Shown here: one piece after another, positions 7,103 through 15,636 of the stretch
How positions within the stretch are numbered: the stretch's first letter is position 1
How the letters are laid out: the number at the start of each line of letters is the position of its first letter
DNA from: a virus
Lineage: Duplodnaviria; Caudoviricetes
Virus record (IMG/VR): IMGVR_UViG_3300037126_000087
Coordinates: 1 to 44,946 of that record
Reading direction: 5' to 3' (one strand)
Length of the DNA: 44,946 bases
The notes under the pieces: generated by a model
The model's input: the letters and a program-made list of their open reading frames with translations, nothing else
Databases searched by the model: none
What the model was told of the DNA's origin: nothing
Program-made: the position numbers and the translations under genes

Positions 7103-7818
7103 GAGCTGAGGAAAAGAGATGCCCCTTGAGGCGGGCACTTGTCAAGCACAGGGCGGCTGATGTTGCACGGAAGAAGCACGAGAGGGCTTCATCATGGCTT
7201 CGATACCAGATCGCTTACCATTGGCACGATGATGCACGTTGGCACGATTTCGGCGAGCGACGACAGAGGATGTTCTGGAGGAGATTTCAGAGATCTGTGG
7301 AGTCACAAGTACAGCAAGCAAATGAGTGGATCTGGAATCGCGCGATGGACCGTCGTCTACGGTTCCTGCAAGATGCTGCCTGGGTTGGCATCGCTATCGC
7401 AGTCGTCGTGCTCGCGACCATATTCTTGACCGGTTGTGGATATCCGTGTGACCGGGAGACCGTCGATGTCTGTGTGTATGGCAGCGTTGACGTCGCGCAG
7501 GTAGAGCACGTTAAGGGCCTCGTGGAAACGGCAATGGACGAGCGCGTGGGACAGGTAACAGTACACAGCGACAGCGACAGCGGCGCCGGCCAGTGGGAGC
7601 CATACGACCAAGATACAGAGGAGCTGCACATTGACTTCTCACATGGATGTGAGGCTGCCTACTTGCAGCTCGTCCATGGACTTCTCCACGTGACAGCTGA
7701 GCACCGAGGGGTCAATGGTCACATGGATCACACGGCCCCGGGGCTCTTCCGGCAGGTTCCGCTGCCGAACATCGAGAGCGCGTTCGCGCTGTCTGTCGGG
7801 GGGATGTGCAAGCCATGA
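7099..7818 (+). CDS. Membrane protein or lipoprotein with degenerate zincin-like motif
   Basis: Hydrophobic stretch ending in lipobox LTGC; LVHGLLHV...H...H; alternative start at 7345. Confidence 0.65.
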   Translation: MRAEEKRCPLRRALVKHRAADVARKKHERASSWLRYQIAYHWHDDARWHDFGERRQRMFWRRFQRSVESQVQQANEWIWNRAMDRRLRFLQDAAWVGIAIAVVVLATIFLTGCGYPCDRETVDVCVYGSVDVAQVEHVKGLVETAMDERVGQVTVHSDSDSGAGQWEPYDQDTEELHIDFSHGCEAAYLQLVHGLLHVTAEHRGVNGHMDHTAPGLFRQVPLPNIESAFALSVGGMCKP

Positions 7819-8000
7819 AGCACAGCACAGCTTTGATACTAACGATCGCGGTGGCACTTTTCGCGTGTCTGGTGTCAGAATTAGAGCTGACATCAACCAA
7901 GAGAGAGCTGGAGGCTACCAGGATGAAACTCGAGCGATGCCGGATGGAAACTTACGACAGGAGAGAAGAGTGGGTGCTAGTAGACACAGGAACGCGATGA
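7815..8000 (+). CDS. Small membrane-anchored coiled-coil protein (61 aa)
   Basis: N-terminal hydrophobic helix; ATGA coupling. Confidence 0.65.
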   Translation: MKHSTALILTIAVALFACLVSELELTSTKRELEATRMKLERCRMETYDRREEWVLVDTGTR

Positions 8001-8215
8001 GCTCATTCAGCAAGGACTCGTACACGGACGGAGTGACCTACACCCCTGACCAGTCCAGGTACCTGTGGGGGTCGTATGCCGGGTACGTGACTGTATCCTT
8101 CGCCGAGCGGAGATGTACGAGGACTGAAGCCGACCTCTCAGAGGAAGAGCTCCGTGAAATCTACGAGCGACATGGAGTGAGTTATGTGCCTCGTGAAGGT
8201 GGCCAATCATGTTGA
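7997..8215 (+). CDS. Hypothetical protein (72 aa)
   Basis: AGGA SD; ATGA coupling at 7997. Confidence 0.65.
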   Translation: MSSFSKDSYTDGVTYTPDQSRYLWGSYAGYVTVSFAERRCTRTEADLSEEELREIYERHGVSYVPREGGQSC

Positions 8216-8391
8216 CCATGTGCAGTCAGTGCTGGGAACCACTCACGGATAGCGAAGTCATCGACTGTGCTTGTGGTATGCCCTTCTGCATCTCGTGCTA
8301 CGACGAGCATGTCTGGGACTGCCAAGAGGCTAGGAAGGCCATGGGGCTGGAACTAGACGAGGAACCTCAGGAGGATTGGGAATGGTGGTAG
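8209..8391 (+). CDS. Mini zinc-finger protein (60 aa); paralog of 5188..5319
   Basis: C-x2-C-x11-C-x-CG-x3-C-x2-C-x3-H-x3-C plus acidic/Trp tail. Confidence 0.75.
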   Translation: MLTMCSQCWEPLTDSEVIDCACGMPFCISCYDEHVWDCQEARKAMGLELDEEPQEDWEWW

Positions 8392-8624
8392 TTCAGCGTC
8401 GCAGTGACGAAGACTTCGACATAGGCTTCCGGTGTCCATCGTGTGGACAACAGAGCATCCTCTCCAGCACCGAGGAAGCCATAGAGGAAGATGGATTTGA
8501 GGTAACTTGTTGCTGCGGCCTTATTCTCAATTACGATGGTGTGTTCACACGACACCGTGGGGTGGTTGCAGTCATCATGCTCCCATCATTCACGACTTGC
8601 CCAGAGGAGAGTATCCAAAAATGA
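8376..8624 (+). CDS. Zinc-ribbon protein (start probably 8382)
   Basis: FRCPSCG...TCCCG; AGGAGG SD. Confidence 0.7.
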   Translation: MGMVVVQRRSDEDFDIGFRCPSCGQQSILSSTEEAIEEDGFEVTCCCGLILNYDGVFTRHRGVVAVIMLPSFTTCPEESIQK

Positions 8625-8911
8625 CAAACGGTAAGCAAAGATTCAAGCTGTGGTGTGGCCTCACGAGCCTCGGTCATGCCTATTGCCATTCGCACGAGGT
8701 GGAAGCGATCGCCTGGCGACGCGCGGCGCTGCTGGGTATCGCGATTGCTGACCCTGGGCTGTCAGTGCGAGCGGTGCTTTGTGGCCACAACACTCACACG
8801 ACCACGCCTCTGGCCACATCACGTCGACCAATCGGGCCCAATGGGTCGCGCCGCAGGCGGGACAGCACCAAGCAGCGGCGGGGTATGTCTTCACGGCAGA
8901 AACCATCTTGA
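8621..8911 (+). CDS. Hypothetical protein (96 aa, basic tail)
   Basis: GAGGAG upstream; ATGA coupling at 8621. Confidence 0.55.
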   Translation: MTNGKQRFKLWCGLTSLGHAYCHSHEVEAIAWRRAALLGIAIADPGLSVRAVLCGHNTHTTTPLATSRRPIGPNGSRRRRDSTKQRRGMSSRQKPS

Positions 8912-8918
8912 GTATAAT
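8890..8918 (+). promoter_or_regulatory. Sigma70-like promoter TTCACG-N17-TATAAT
   Basis: Perfect -10, 4/6 -35, 17-bp spacer, just upstream of the replication module. Confidence 0.6.
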
Positions 8919-8936
8919 TTACCACAGGAGCCCACG

Positions 8937-9941
8937 ATGAGACAACTCCAGCTGATGAAACAACTCCAGCACGAGTGGACAACGAGGGTTCAGGAGCGAA
9001 CGATGAGTGTTTGGTTTATTTATGACGAGACTTTGAAAAGGGTGATGCAGGATCACATATCCAGGGAGGCCTACAAGAAAGAGGCTATGGCGCGACGCAT
9101 AATGCCAGCAGTAGTACCGCGCATGCCATCCAACTGGTGGTCCCTATTTGAGATGGTGGGACCGAACCTCATGAACCTCCCAAAGCCTCCGGAGGCAGCC
9201 CCAAGGGCAAATCCGAAGAATCCCAAGGACAATATCTGGGACCACATGGACAAAGAAACTGATGAATTCTTGCGTACTGCAGGACCGGAGCACTTCGGCC
9301 CACGTCCGAAGACCGTCAGGTGGCACGTGGCCCCGAGAACAGAACAGAGAAAGGGAAAGACGATGAACGAGAAGCCACTGAAGATATTCCATTTCCGGTC
9401 AAATATTCAATATCGCTGGTTAGCTCTCTACGAGGGTAGCAAAGTCATGTGGTGGCCGGAAGAGGCAAATAGTCACACCGTAGTGGAGAAGGCACATCAG
9501 CCACCAGAGCCACCATTTGTCCCTAAGGGTCCCTCTCTTGCAGCACTCGTAAAGAACTGTAGACAAGGCTACTATCAAAGCAGCTGTATCTGGTCCAGAG
9601 ACTCCAATGTTGCCATGGATTTGGAAGCCGAGAAAGCAGCACCAATCAAAGAGTTCCCCTTCGCCGAGCACCGACTCGCAGACAGCTTCGAGGAATTTGA
9701 CTATTCGGTGAATGCCCCGAGCGAAGGGGGGCTAAGCATCGATGTGATGGACAGAGACGACGACGCCGCAGAGAGGATCCTGCGAGCCCGCATCGCACGC
9801 CAACAGCGATGGCCATTCTGTCCGACGCATCAGCGGAACGTGGATCTCGAGTTCAACCATGATGGGGTGGGTCGCGACAGAGTGATCCACGAGGCTTACT
9901 GGATCTGTCTCGACTGCCGGCGAGATAGATGCGGCGACTAA
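8937..9941 (+). CDS. Hypothetical protein (334 aa) with C-terminal Zn-binding motif, upstream of helicase
   Basis: AGGAG SD before ATG 8937; CPTH...CLDC at C-terminus. Confidence 0.7.
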   Translation: MRQLQLMKQLQHEWTTRVQERTMSVWFIYDETLKRVMQDHISREAYKKEAMARRIMPAVVPRMPSNWWSLFEMVGPNLMNLPKPPEAAPRANPKNPKDNIWDHMDKETDEFLRTAGPEHFGPRPKTVRWHVAPRTEQRKGKTMNEKPLKIFHFRSNIQYRWLALYEGSKVMWWPEEANSHTVVEKAHQPPEPPFVPKGPSLAALVKNCRQGYYQSSCIWSRDSNVAMDLEAEKAAPIKEFPFAEHRLADSFEEFDYSVNAPSEGGLSIDVMDRDDDAAERILRARIARQQRWPFCPTHQRNVDLEFNHDGVGRDRVIHEAYWICLDCRRDRCGD

Positions 9942-9947
9942 TCAGTC

Positions 9948-10838
9948 ATGGCAAAGCAGCTACAGGCACGGACCCTCGCGAGCTATCTGCCGGAGATGAG
10001 AGAGACTCTGAGGCAGCCACTCGTGAGGATGAGCACCGGGATAGGTCTTCTGGATCACTTCCTCCGGGACTCGCACGAGGAGCATGGCGGCTTCGTCAAG
10101 CCCTCATTAGTCGTGATCGGGGCAGAACCCAAGATAGGGAAGAGTCTGCTGGGTCAGCAAATCGGCGAGCGACATGTTGCCGGGAATAAGACGCACTACA
10201 CCTACTATGCCGACATGGAGAATGGCATCGTGCGATTCTACAAGAGGTTGGTGGGGCGTAGGGCGCAAGTGACTGGTGCAGAGCTGGCGGCTGGTCTGCA
10301 GGAAGAAGCCGAAGCCAGGATGATGGCCGCTGAGCACTGGCTGGAGCGGGGACCTGGCCGGCGCTACTACTACATGAGCGGCCGCAGTCTATCCCAGGCA
10401 CGGCTCATCGACGAGTTGGAGATACTCGGGGAGGAAGTCCCAGATGCCAGTATCCTCGTAATACTGGATAGTCTGCAGAAACTCCCCATGGAGCTTCGGG
10501 AGCGGCGCAGCGAGGTGGACGAATGGCTTCGTGCCTTGGAGGAAATCCGCGATCGGCAGAACGTTGTCATCATGGCCATCTCCGAGCTACGCCGCCCGAC
10601 TTTCGGGGCCGCGAAGAAGTACAGGGCTGGAGCCACTAGTTACAAGGAATCGGGAGATATTGAGTATACAGTAGACCTGGGCCTTGCCATGGAACGCCGG
10701 GACCCGAAGACGAAAGTTGTGACCCTGAGCATCACCCTAAATCGAGACGGTAACGATGGGGATGTCTGCGAGTTGGTACCAAACACGGCCTACACGAAAT
10801 TCACCGATAGGCCTATCACTCAGAAAAAGGAGAAATGA
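9948..10838 (+). CDS. DnaB-like (SF4) replicative helicase, ATPase domain only
   Basis: STGIGLLD, Walker A GAEPKIGKS, DME, ILDSLQ, SELRR, KESGDIEYTVD, NRDG. Confidence 0.9.
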   Translation: MAKQLQARTLASYLPEMRETLRQPLVRMSTGIGLLDHFLRDSHEEHGGFVKPSLVVIGAEPKIGKSLLGQQIGERHVAGNKTHYTYYADMENGIVRFYKRLVGRRAQVTGAELAAGLQEEAEARMMAAEHWLERGPGRRYYYMSGRSLSQARLIDELEILGEEVPDASILVILDSLQKLPMELRERRSEVDEWLRALEEIRDRQNVVIMAISELRRPTFGAAKKYRAGATSYKESGDIEYTVDLGLAMERRDPKTKVVTLSITLNRDGNDGDVCELVPNTAYTKFTDRPITQKKEK

Positions 10839-10842
10839 AGCT

Positions 10843-11103
10843 ATGAAGAAGATCAAGATTACCGGGTGCATAGAGATCTCAGAGTCTCTCACGGCGAGAG
10901 AAATTGAGGTGAGCGATGAGGAGTACGAAGAGCTGAAGAGGCTGCAGGATGTGGCACGGCTGAGTGACAATTGGTGCTCAGTGGATGAAATACTGCAGGG
11001 AATCGCGGAGGAGAAGATCTCGGAGCTGTTGAACAATTGCGTCGTGTGTTTTGAGCCAGAAGGGGAGATTGAATTCTGCAGCGACGAAGACGAAAAGGAG
11101 TGA
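10843..11103 (+). CDS. Acidic hypothetical protein (86 aa)
   Basis: AAGGAG upstream; E/D rich. Confidence 0.7.
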   Translation: MKKIKITGCIEISESLTAREIEVSDEEYEELKRLQDVARLSDNWCSVDEILQGIAEEKISELLNNCVVCFEPEGEIEFCSDEDEKE

Positions 11104-11107
11104 GATC

Positions 11108-11764
11108 ATGACAGTCAAAAAGAGAAAGACCAAGGCTCAAGTCAAGCGAGAACTGGCCAGCGAGGAGCGTCTCGCCAAGGTCGAGCCAAGCATCAAGCCG
11201 CTCGCCAAGTGGCACGAGGTGGGAGTGCTAGACACCACCGAGGAGTACCAGGAAGCCGGCAAGGCATACAACTCGATCACGACGATGCTGGATCAGATCG
11301 ACGCCGACCGGAAGGAGATCACGCGGCACTTCGATGAGGGAAAGCGGCTCGTGATGGCCAAATATGAGCCCTCCATCTCGGCGTTGAGCAAGCTCAAGCA
11401 GCATGTTGTCAAACTGCTCATCTCCTACGATGACATCGCAAGGGCGAAGGAGCTGGCCAGGAACGAGCGACGTGCGAGGGAAGCCGAGAAGCGCGGCGAA
11501 AAAGCACTCGCCATCACGCTACGGGAAACTGACACGTACGAGTCCCAGCCCAACGCCCATGTGGCTCTCCCTGGGACGTGGAAAGGGCAAGTGACGAGCA
11601 TCAAGGATCTCTGCGCCGGGATAGCCTCTGGGGATTTGCCGGAAACCCTGATCAGCGTCAAGGATGCCGAGCTCAATCGGCTCGCGAGGATGTACAAGGA
11701 GGACCTAGCAAAACGGTATCCGGGGCTGAAGGCGGAGCTCGTGAAGCAAGTCCGGAGGAAGTGA
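11108..11764 (+). CDS. Coiled-coil phage protein typical of recombination modules
   Basis: AAGGAG SD; IDADRKEITRHFDEGKRLVMAKY pattern; helical, charged. Confidence 0.7.
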   Translation: MTVKKRKTKAQVKRELASEERLAKVEPSIKPLAKWHEVGVLDTTEEYQEAGKAYNSITTMLDQIDADRKEITRHFDEGKRLVMAKYEPSISALSKLKQHVVKLLISYDDIARAKELARNERRAREAEKRGEKALAITLRETDTYESQPNAHVALPGTWKGQVTSIKDLCAGIASGDLPETLISVKDAELNRLARMYKEDLAKRYPGLKAELVKQVRRK

Positions 11765-13455
11765 TGGCAAAGTCGTTCCCGCCCAGCTTGGTCCTCTACG
11801 ACTATCCAGGGCGACCAGACTTGGCGACCATCTCGATCCCCTTCGATCGCGAGCTGCAGTCGCGCTTGCGGTCTGAAGCTCCCGGGTGTCGTTACGCGCC
11901 GGAGGTCGGGAAGGGGAAATGGGCCGGTCCCAGGGAGTTGAAGGGCACGATCGCCAGTATCGCTCTAGAGCGTGGTCTACAGTTCATCGACAAGACGAAG
12001 CCCATTCGCAAGCGGAGTGCTAAGCTCAGGAACCTGGACGAGCGGCTGTACAGCTATCAGGAACAAGGCGTGGGTCACATCCTCGACGCGAGGGGCTACA
12101 TGCTTGCTTATGACACCGGTATGGGCAAGACGCCCCCTACTTGTCAGGCACTGGCAACTGTGTCCCCGAAGAAGACGCTGATTGTGACACCCGCGATGGT
12201 CAGACTGCAATGGATCGACGAAATCGAGAAGTGGTGGCCGAACCATCCAGAGGTAACCGTGGTCGAGACCGGCAAGCAAGCCAAAGAGGTTGCGCAGTCT
12301 CCCGGACCGGTCACCGTCGTCAGCTACAACATGGCAGTCTACTTCAAGGATGCCAAATTTGATGCTTTGGTGGGCGACGAGTTCCACCATGTCATGAATC
12401 AAAAAGCGGCGATGTCGGCCGCTGTGTGCAAGATCTTTGAAAACAACCACGAGGGCCATCGCATTGCGCTGACAGCCACCCCAATCATGACACGGCCATG
12501 GCAGATCAGGCACCAGCTCCACTGCCTATATCCGTACCGATATGGAGGGCACTGGGCATTCGCAGAGCGTTACTGCAAAATGGTCCTGAACGAGCACGGA
12601 CGCGGGCGTAGGGTGGAAACACCGGATGGGGAGGTCTACTACGAACCCGCACTGAAGCCGGAGGGAATTGATCCTGAGTTCGCCAGCGAGCTACAGATGC
12701 GTTTGGCTCTCGTCATGCAGCGAGTGACCAAAGAGGAATACGGCCACTTACTTCCGAAGTGGAACATCATGCCGATCAAGGTGGCAGCCAGTCGTAAATC
12801 GGCCAAGGTGATGCGTGCCTTCCGGGCAGCCAGGAGGGCATCCGACCTCAAAGACAGCATGATCGCCGATCTCACCTCGGAGAAGATGTCGGCCTCTTGT
12901 GATTGGATCAAGAACGCCCTGATCAACAATCCTCATGTGTTGGTCATGACCCACCTGAAGCACACGGCCCAGGAAATTGGGGGTAGGATCCGGTCGTCAA
13001 CACGCAATGTTCTAGTGTGCAACATCGACGGGGACCTGAGCCCAAAGAGGCGCGGAAAGGCCATCGAGGAGGTGTTGGCGTCTCCGGCTGGAGTGCTCAT
13101 CACTACGATGCACGCCGTCAAAGAGGGGCTCAACAGCCTAGTGGGGTTCGATCAGGCATTACTCGCCGAGCTCTACTGGAGTCCAGGGACTATGTCCCAG
13201 GTACTCGGTCGTCTGTACCGGGTGAACGGGGCCTGCAACGTAGCAATCCTCGTGGTCCAGGGGACAGTCGAGGAGAACATCGCTTGGACCTTGCAGAAGC
13301 GGATGAAAGATATTGGGAAGGCTGTCAGCGCCGGATCGGCGGAGAAGAAGCTGTCTGCAGCCTTCGACGAAGTGAATAATGAAGAGGATGAGTTCCAGGC
13401 ATTGAAACAAATGGCTGCGAGCCAGCTCGTGGCCGACGAGTACGGAGCGATCTGA
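11764..13455 (+). CDS. SNF2-family helicase/translocase (563 aa)
   Basis: YQEQGV, DTGMGKT, DEFH, TATP, EGLN, QVLGRLYR; GGAGG SD before ATG 11764. Confidence 0.92.
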   Translation: MAKSFPPSLVLYDYPGRPDLATISIPFDRELQSRLRSEAPGCRYAPEVGKGKWAGPRELKGTIASIALERGLQFIDKTKPIRKRSAKLRNLDERLYSYQEQGVGHILDARGYMLAYDTGMGKTPPTCQALATVSPKKTLIVTPAMVRLQWIDEIEKWWPNHPEVTVVETGKQAKEVAQSPGPVTVVSYNMAVYFKDAKFDALVGDEFHHVMNQKAAMSAAVCKIFENNHEGHRIALTATPIMTRPWQIRHQLHCLYPYRYGGHWAFAERYCKMVLNEHGRGRRVETPDGEVYYEPALKPEGIDPEFASELQMRLALVMQRVTKEEYGHLLPKWNIMPIKVAASRKSAKVMRAFRAARRASDLKDSMIADLTSEKMSASCDWIKNALINNPHVLVMTHLKHTAQEIGGRIRSSTRNVLVCNIDGDLSPKRRGKAIEEVLASPAGVLITTMHAVKEGLNSLVGFDQALLAELYWSPGTMSQVLGRLYRVNGACNVAILVVQGTVEENIAWTLQKRMKDIGKAVSAGSAEKKLSAAFDEVNNEEDEFQALKQMAASQLVADEYGAI

Positions 13456-13634
13456 TGATACAGAGGACATTTTTCCCAGTGGGTAGAGACCAGAAGAAGC
13501 CGGACCTGAAGTACCTGAAGAAGGCCCTAGAAGAGCGCGGTAGGAGGGTGGTGCTTTCATTCATACCCCATAAGAGGGGATCACATTGGAAAGGGACGGT
13601 GGAAATTGCTGAGGAGAAGGGAGGATGGAGATGA
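13455..13634 (+). CDS. Hypothetical protein (59 aa, not in ORF track)
   Basis: GGAG SD, TGATG coupling; MIQRTFFPVGRDQKKPDLKYLKKALEERG... Confidence 0.6.
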   Translation: MIQRTFFPVGRDQKKPDLKYLKKALEERGRRVVLSFIPHKRGSHWKGTVEIAEEKGGWR

Positions 13635-13891
13635 GTGTTGAGTTACATATAGTGAAAAAACACATAGCGGAAGTGAGAACGGCTGGGGTAATAGCTGAGG
13701 ACGAAGTCCCTGAAATAACAGTAGAGGAGTACCATGGCGCCATCTCGATAGATTTTCATGACTATGAAAATGGAATGGTGTACATTCCGAAGGACCAAGC
13801 ATACCTATTGCAAGACGCCCTTGAGTATATATTGAAGCAGTCAGAAAGCCTTCAAGGCGGAGATGGAGAAGCGGTGGAGGAGAAGCGATGA
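13631..13891 (+). CDS. Acidic hypothetical protein (86 aa)
   Basis: GGAGG SD; ATGA coupling. Confidence 0.7.
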   Translation: MSVELHIVKKHIAEVRTAGVIAEDEVPEITVEEYHGAISIDFHDYENGMVYIPKDQAYLLQDALEYILKQSESLQGGDGEAVEEKR

Positions 13892-14112
13892 GTGATCCAA
13901 AAAAGCCGGGCTATCACTTCCTGCCGGATAAATTCTGGCGCTGCTTCCAACAGGGTGCGAATCCAGAAGACCAGGGTGCCATTCGTGACGATGAGAACGA
14001 AGGATGGTGGGTTCCTGACGAGGAGCTCTACAAGGACAAAGACTACACGCTGCCTGAGGATGAAGTCACAGTGGGTGGTTTGGACAGACGGGCGAAGAGA
14101 GAGAAGCCATGA
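13888..14112 (+). CDS. Hypothetical protein (74 aa)
   Basis: GGAGG SD; ATGA coupling. Confidence 0.7.
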   Translation: MSDPKKPGYHFLPDKFWRCFQQGANPEDQGAIRDDENEGWWVPDEELYKDKDYTLPEDEVTVGGLDRRAKREKP

Positions 14113-14321
14113 GTAATGAAGGCGGAGCACATTGGCTCAGTGCAGTTGAGGTGTTGTTGTTAGGGGAAGCAATAGGGTTCGATCCAAAAAGCCCCAATCC
14201 AGTCGTTCGCTACGAGAGCGGGTGGTACTTCTGGGATGAGGATTGGGCTATGATCAAAGGACCATATGAGAGCATGGAGAAGGCCAACAAGGCATGTGAT
14301 GAATACGCGGGGACGCTATGA
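14109..14321 (+). CDS. Hypothetical protein (70 aa)
   Basis: GWYFWDE...GPYES motif; ATGA coupling. Confidence 0.7.
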   Translation: MSNEGGAHWLSAVEVLLLGEAIGFDPKSPNPVVRYESGWYFWDEDWAMIKGPYESMEKANKACDEYAGTL

Positions 14322-15184
14322 GGAGTCCTCCCCCGAAGAAGCCCTCCAGAGGTCTCGTGATCCCCGTGCACACCGGTGGCAGCGGAATGGGGCTCACCAC
14401 CTACGAATCAATCCTCGAGTGCCCACGCCGGTACTGGCTCGATAGGCAACTCGCCGAGAAGGGGTTGCCGACGTCCAGCGACAACGAGCACACGATGATG
14501 GGCACTTGCGGTCACGGTCTGCTTGGTAAGTACTACACCAAAGGCCAGCGTTTCGTACTGGACAATGTGGTGTACAAGGACGTCGCAGGTGGAGAGTGGA
14601 GCCCTCCAGCCAAGTCCATGTTCAGGGCCCAGCGGCTGGTGCGTCACTACATGGCGAAGTACCCACCGGACGAGTTCACCGTCGTTGCCGTGGAGAAGCT
14701 TTACAGCGTCTGGGATGCACCGTGGAAACCCAAAGGAGTCCGGCTGACTGCGCAGATAGACCTGGAGATCAAGCTGACCAAAGCGCAAGCCACGAAGATG
14801 GGGGCCAAACGTCACTTATTGCTCGAGCCAGGCTATTACATCCTGGACCACAAGTTCCATACGCAGAATCGCTCGGACTTGAACGACCGACATGTTATGA
14901 GCCTGCAGCTAGAAGGGTACGGGCTCATCTGGCAACACGAGCACCCACGTCGCAAGCTTCAGGGCCGTCTGGTGAACATGCTAATCGACGGCAGCACGCC
15001 AAGATTCAGGATGCTGTTCCTCCCACCTCCAGATGAGGCGTCCGAAGCCCGGGTCAGGAATCTGTTGCAGGTCGCGAGTCAGTCAATCCTACGGGAGCCT
15101 CCTGAGGCTCGCGGGAATGCGTGTATATCGAAGTGGGGCGAGATCTGCGCCCATTACTCTGCCGGAAGGTGTTTGAGGTATTGA
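14318..15184 (+). CDS. PD-(D/E)XK nuclease, Cas4/RecB-like exonuclease
   Basis: ECPRRYW, GTCGH, VE, QIDL, LDHK, QLEGY; three C-terminal Cys complete a 1+3 Fe-S pattern. Confidence 0.85.
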   Translation: MRSPPPKKPSRGLVIPVHTGGSGMGLTTYESILECPRRYWLDRQLAEKGLPTSSDNEHTMMGTCGHGLLGKYYTKGQRFVLDNVVYKDVAGGEWSPPAKSMFRAQRLVRHYMAKYPPDEFTVVAVEKLYSVWDAPWKPKGVRLTAQIDLEIKLTKAQATKMGAKRHLLLEPGYYILDHKFHTQNRSDLNDRHVMSLQLEGYGLIWQHEHPRRKLQGRLVNMLIDGSTPRFRMLFLPPPDEASEARVRNLLQVASQSILREPPEARGNACISKWGEICAHYSAGRCLRY

Positions 15185-15186
15185 AG

Positions 15187-15453
15187 ATGGCATCCCCGGC
15201 ACGCAGAGCATCCTGGCTGTCTTATGATGCCAAACGCAAGCGCACGGCTCGCAGGCTGATGAAGGAACGAGCCAGGGATGCCGTGCGCAGGGCCAGATAT
15301 CAGAAGAGGAATCGGTGCGAATATTGCGGCCGGTGTGGAGCGACTGTGTGGCATCACCTGGATTATCGATGTCCATTGTTCGTGGACGAGGTTTGCCTCG
15401 AGTGTCATAGGAGGCTGCATCCTCGGAAAGTGAACGGAGGAAAAGTGAGATGA
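15187..15453 (+). CDS. HNH-like endonuclease (88 aa)
   Basis: CEYCG...HHLDY..PL.V..VCLECHRRLH. Confidence 0.7.
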   Translation: MASPARRASWLSYDAKRKRTARRLMKERARDAVRRARYQKRNRCEYCGRCGATVWHHLDYRCPLFVDEVCLECHRRLHPRKVNGGKVR

Positions 15454-15635
15454 GTATCAAAGAAATGTACAACGAGCTCAGAGACTTTGAAGAAGGCAGG
15501 ACACCGCCGTGGAAGTTGCGGAGGATGCTGGATGCAGAACAGAAAAAAGTCAGGGACTTGAAGCGCGAGCTTGAGGCCCTGAAGGAGAAGTACCTCAGGG
15601 CCTGTCAGAAGATCTTCGAGCTGGAAGGAAAGTGA
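15450..15635 (+). CDS. Coiled-coil hypothetical protein (61 aa)
   Basis: GGAGG SD; heptad pattern. Confidence 0.7.
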   Translation: MSIKEMYNELRDFEEGRTPPWKLRRMLDAEQKKVRDLKRELEALKEKYLRACQKIFELEGK

Positions 15636-15636
15636 G

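Noticed and set aside
7564-7583. Short ACAGCG tandem repeat
   Set aside because: Only three in-frame units encoding a Ser-Asp run; too short to suggest phase variation
8655-8936. N-terminal extensions given by the ORF track (8655, also 3701, 11578, 22039)
   Set aside because: They overlap upstream genes; downstream ATGs at 8937, 3980, 11764 and 22141 have SDs or stop-start coupling
14318-15184. Cas4-like gene as part of a CRISPR system
   Set aside because: No repeat-spacer array or other cas genes seen; solo Cas4-like nucleases are common in phage recombination modules
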